Assembly (NCBI RefSeq): GCF_001194135.2
Contig: NC_068984.1
Coordinates: 7,549,783 to 7,585,949 of the forward strand
Direction: 5' to 3'
Source of the DNA: Octopus bimaculoides
Lineage: Eukaryota
Length of the DNA stretch: 36,167 bases
The position numbers were made by a program, and so were the translations under genes. This document shows positions 34,364 through 36,167 of the stretch, one piece after another (positions within the stretch are counted from its first letter, which is position 1; each line of letters opens with the position of its first letter). The notes beneath the pieces were generated by a model. That model searched no databases, was not told the DNA's origin, and worked only from the letters and a program-made list of their open reading frames with translations.

Positions 34364-34817
34364 TTCTCTTATTCTTTAATTCTTTTACTTGTTTCAGTCA
34401 TTTGAATGCGGCCATGCTAGAGCACTGCCTTTAGTCTAATAAATCGACTCCACGACTTATTCTTTGTAAGTTTAGTACTTATTCTATAGGTGTCTTTTGG
34501 CGAGCTGCTAGGTTACGGGGGGGGGCGTAAACACACCAACATCGGTTGTCAAGCGATGGTGCGGAAGCAAACACAGACACACAAATACTTATATATATAT
34601 ANNNNNNNNNNNNNNNNNNNNNNNNNNNNNNNNNNNNNNNNNNNNNNNNNNNATATATATACGACGGGCTTCTTTCAGTTTCCGTCTACCAAATCCACTC
34701 ACAAGGCTTTAGTCGGCCCGAAGCAATAGAAGAATACGCTTGCCCGAAGTGTCACGCAGTGCAACTGAACCCGGAACCGTGTGGTTGAGAAGCATGCTTC
34801 TTACAACACAGCCACTC
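34364..34817 (-). mobile_element. SINE family A, complete; gap 34602-34632 in the (TA)n linker
   Basis: Colinear with 22116-22690. Confidence 0.95.
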
Positions 34818-34827
34818 TTATAATATC

Positions 34828-35040
34828 GATGATTTCGATTTTTGGCTCAAAGCCAGCAATTTCGAGGGCGGGGTGAGGTGGAGTGGGGATTAGTCGGTTA
34901 CATCAACCCCTAGTGTTCAACTGGTACTTATCTTATCGATCGCGAAATGACGAAAGGCAAAGTTGACCTCGGTGGAATTTGAGAAAATGCCACGAAGCAT
35001 TTTGTCCAGCGTGCTAACAATTTTACCAGGTATCCACCTC
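34828..35040 (-). mobile_element. SINE family B with internal deletion
   Basis: ctggtactta.cttatcga...gaaaggcaaagttgacctcggtggaatttga..gcattttgtccagcgtgctaac. Confidence 0.88.
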
Positions 35041-35187
35041 AAGAATAATATAACGGGTAAATGTGTAAGTATACTTTTGTCACTATGGGTAAGATCAGGA
35101 AATATAGTATACATAAAATAGTTATAATTTAAGCTAAAAAGCCAGTTCTAAAATCTCTCTAAGTGATGATCGCAGTTGTTGTTCTAG

Positions 35188-35344
35188 CAAGTAATGTTCG
35201 TAGCCACTTCAGCATGGCTGTTCCGTTCGAGTGGAGTTTACTGCGATTTTGTAACCACTAGAGGACATCTCTTGAGGTTAAAAAATTGCAGTAAATTCCG
35301 CTCGAACGGAGCCGCCATACTGAACTATCAACGAACATTACTTG
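35188..35344. mobile_element. 157-bp foldback/MITE-like inverted repeat
   Basis: caagtaatgttcgt...ttcagcatggctgttccgttcgagtggagtttactgcgattttgtaacc pairs gaplessly with ggttaaaaaattgcagtaaattccgctcgaacggagccgccatactgaac...acgaacattacttg; central agag-gacat-ctct. Confidence 0.85.
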
Positions 35345-35484
35345 TTAATTATTATTTAACTTGTATCAAATTTCTTGACTATTTGAACAAAATAATGAAA
35401 TAAATACTAATTTTTAAACAGAAAAATTTTATTGCTTTATAGTAAAATAAAATATAAAAATTTCTCATTTGTCTAACTAGCATT

Positions 35485-35802
35485 CTTGTCGTTTACAACG
35501 ATGAGGTTTCCAGTTGATCCGGCTAACGGAACAGCTTGCTCGTGAAATTAACGAGCAAGTGGCTGAGTATTCTACAGATATATGTACCCTTAATGTAGCA
35601 CTCGGGGAGATTCAGCATGACACAGAATGTGACAAGGCCGGTCCTTTGAAATACAGATAGTACTCATTTTTGCCAGCTGAGTGGACTGGAGTAATGTGAA
35701 ATAAAGTGTCTTGCTCAAGGACACAACGCGCCGCCGTGAATCGAACTCACGACCTAATGAAAAGGAGTCGATTACCATAACCGCTGAGCCACGCGCCTTC
35801 AC
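35485..35802 (-). mobile_element. tRNA-derived SINE: head/core H2 + tail X
   Basis: rc head gaaggcgcgtggctcagcggtt...gtcgtgagttcgattc, core ttgtgtccttgagcaagacac; tail homologous to 30135-30290. Confidence 0.92.
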
Positions 35803-35866
35803 TCATTTGTATAAGTCCTACCACAACTTTCTCATTTAGACTATCCTTCTCCTCCTCATTCTCCCC

Positions 35867-35917
35867 ACTACAACTAATACTGCTGCTGCTGCGACTACTA
35901 CTACAACTACTACTACA

Positions 35918-35962
<45 letters not shown>
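35867..35962. repeat. (CTA)n microsatellite with (CTG) leader
   Basis: Direct. Confidence 0.95.
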
Positions 35963-35963
<1 letters not shown>

Positions 35964-36063
35964 ATCTATTATTCTTCCCCTACCCCCGTGTGTGTGCAGA
36001 GCTCTTTCACTTTTTGCTTGCCACCAAGCCTCGCATGTGCACTGATCCTGGAACTCCATTATT

Positions 36064-36108
36064 ACTTCTCTCTCTCTCACTCTCTCTCTCTCACTCTCTC
36101 TCTCTCCA

Positions 36109-36167
<59 letters not shown>
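36064..36167. repeat. (CT)n microsatellite running to the window end
   Basis: Direct. Confidence 0.95.

Noticed and set aside
1-36167. CRISPR array, operon or other prokaryotic system
   Set aside because: No regularly spaced repeats with unique spacers, no gene-dense coding; the sequence is metazoan repeat-rich DNA.

Overview
AT-rich, repeat-dense animal genomic scaffold with six N-gaps. The SINE families match my recollection of Octopus (coleoid cephalopod) repeats; this is recall, not a database result. There is no complete gene, rRNA, true tRNA or CRISPR array, and nearly all ORFs in the supplied track are microsatellite, gap or SINE artefacts. Supported content: (1) one convincing minus-strand coding exon (8855-8974) encoding an EGF-like module, too short for the ORF track, so part of the window is probably intronic to an unidentified gene; (2) a decayed R4/Dong-clade non-LTR retrotransposon RT body and two 3'-end fragments, all abutting (TAA)n; (3) an internally deleted mariner; (4) over 20 tRNA-headed SINE copies or fragments, showing modular head/tail shuffling, head-to-head pairs and nesting; (5) two foldback palindromes; (6) a gapless 96-nt diverged duplication; (7) an Illumina adapter remnant at a contig edge. 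I found no clearly new biological system. The best leads are the hidden EGF gene, the loopless palindrome, the SINE module matrix, the TAA-associated LINE stack and the duplicated cassette at about 30.8-31.1 kb. SINE boundaries were estimated by eye (about +/-10 nt).
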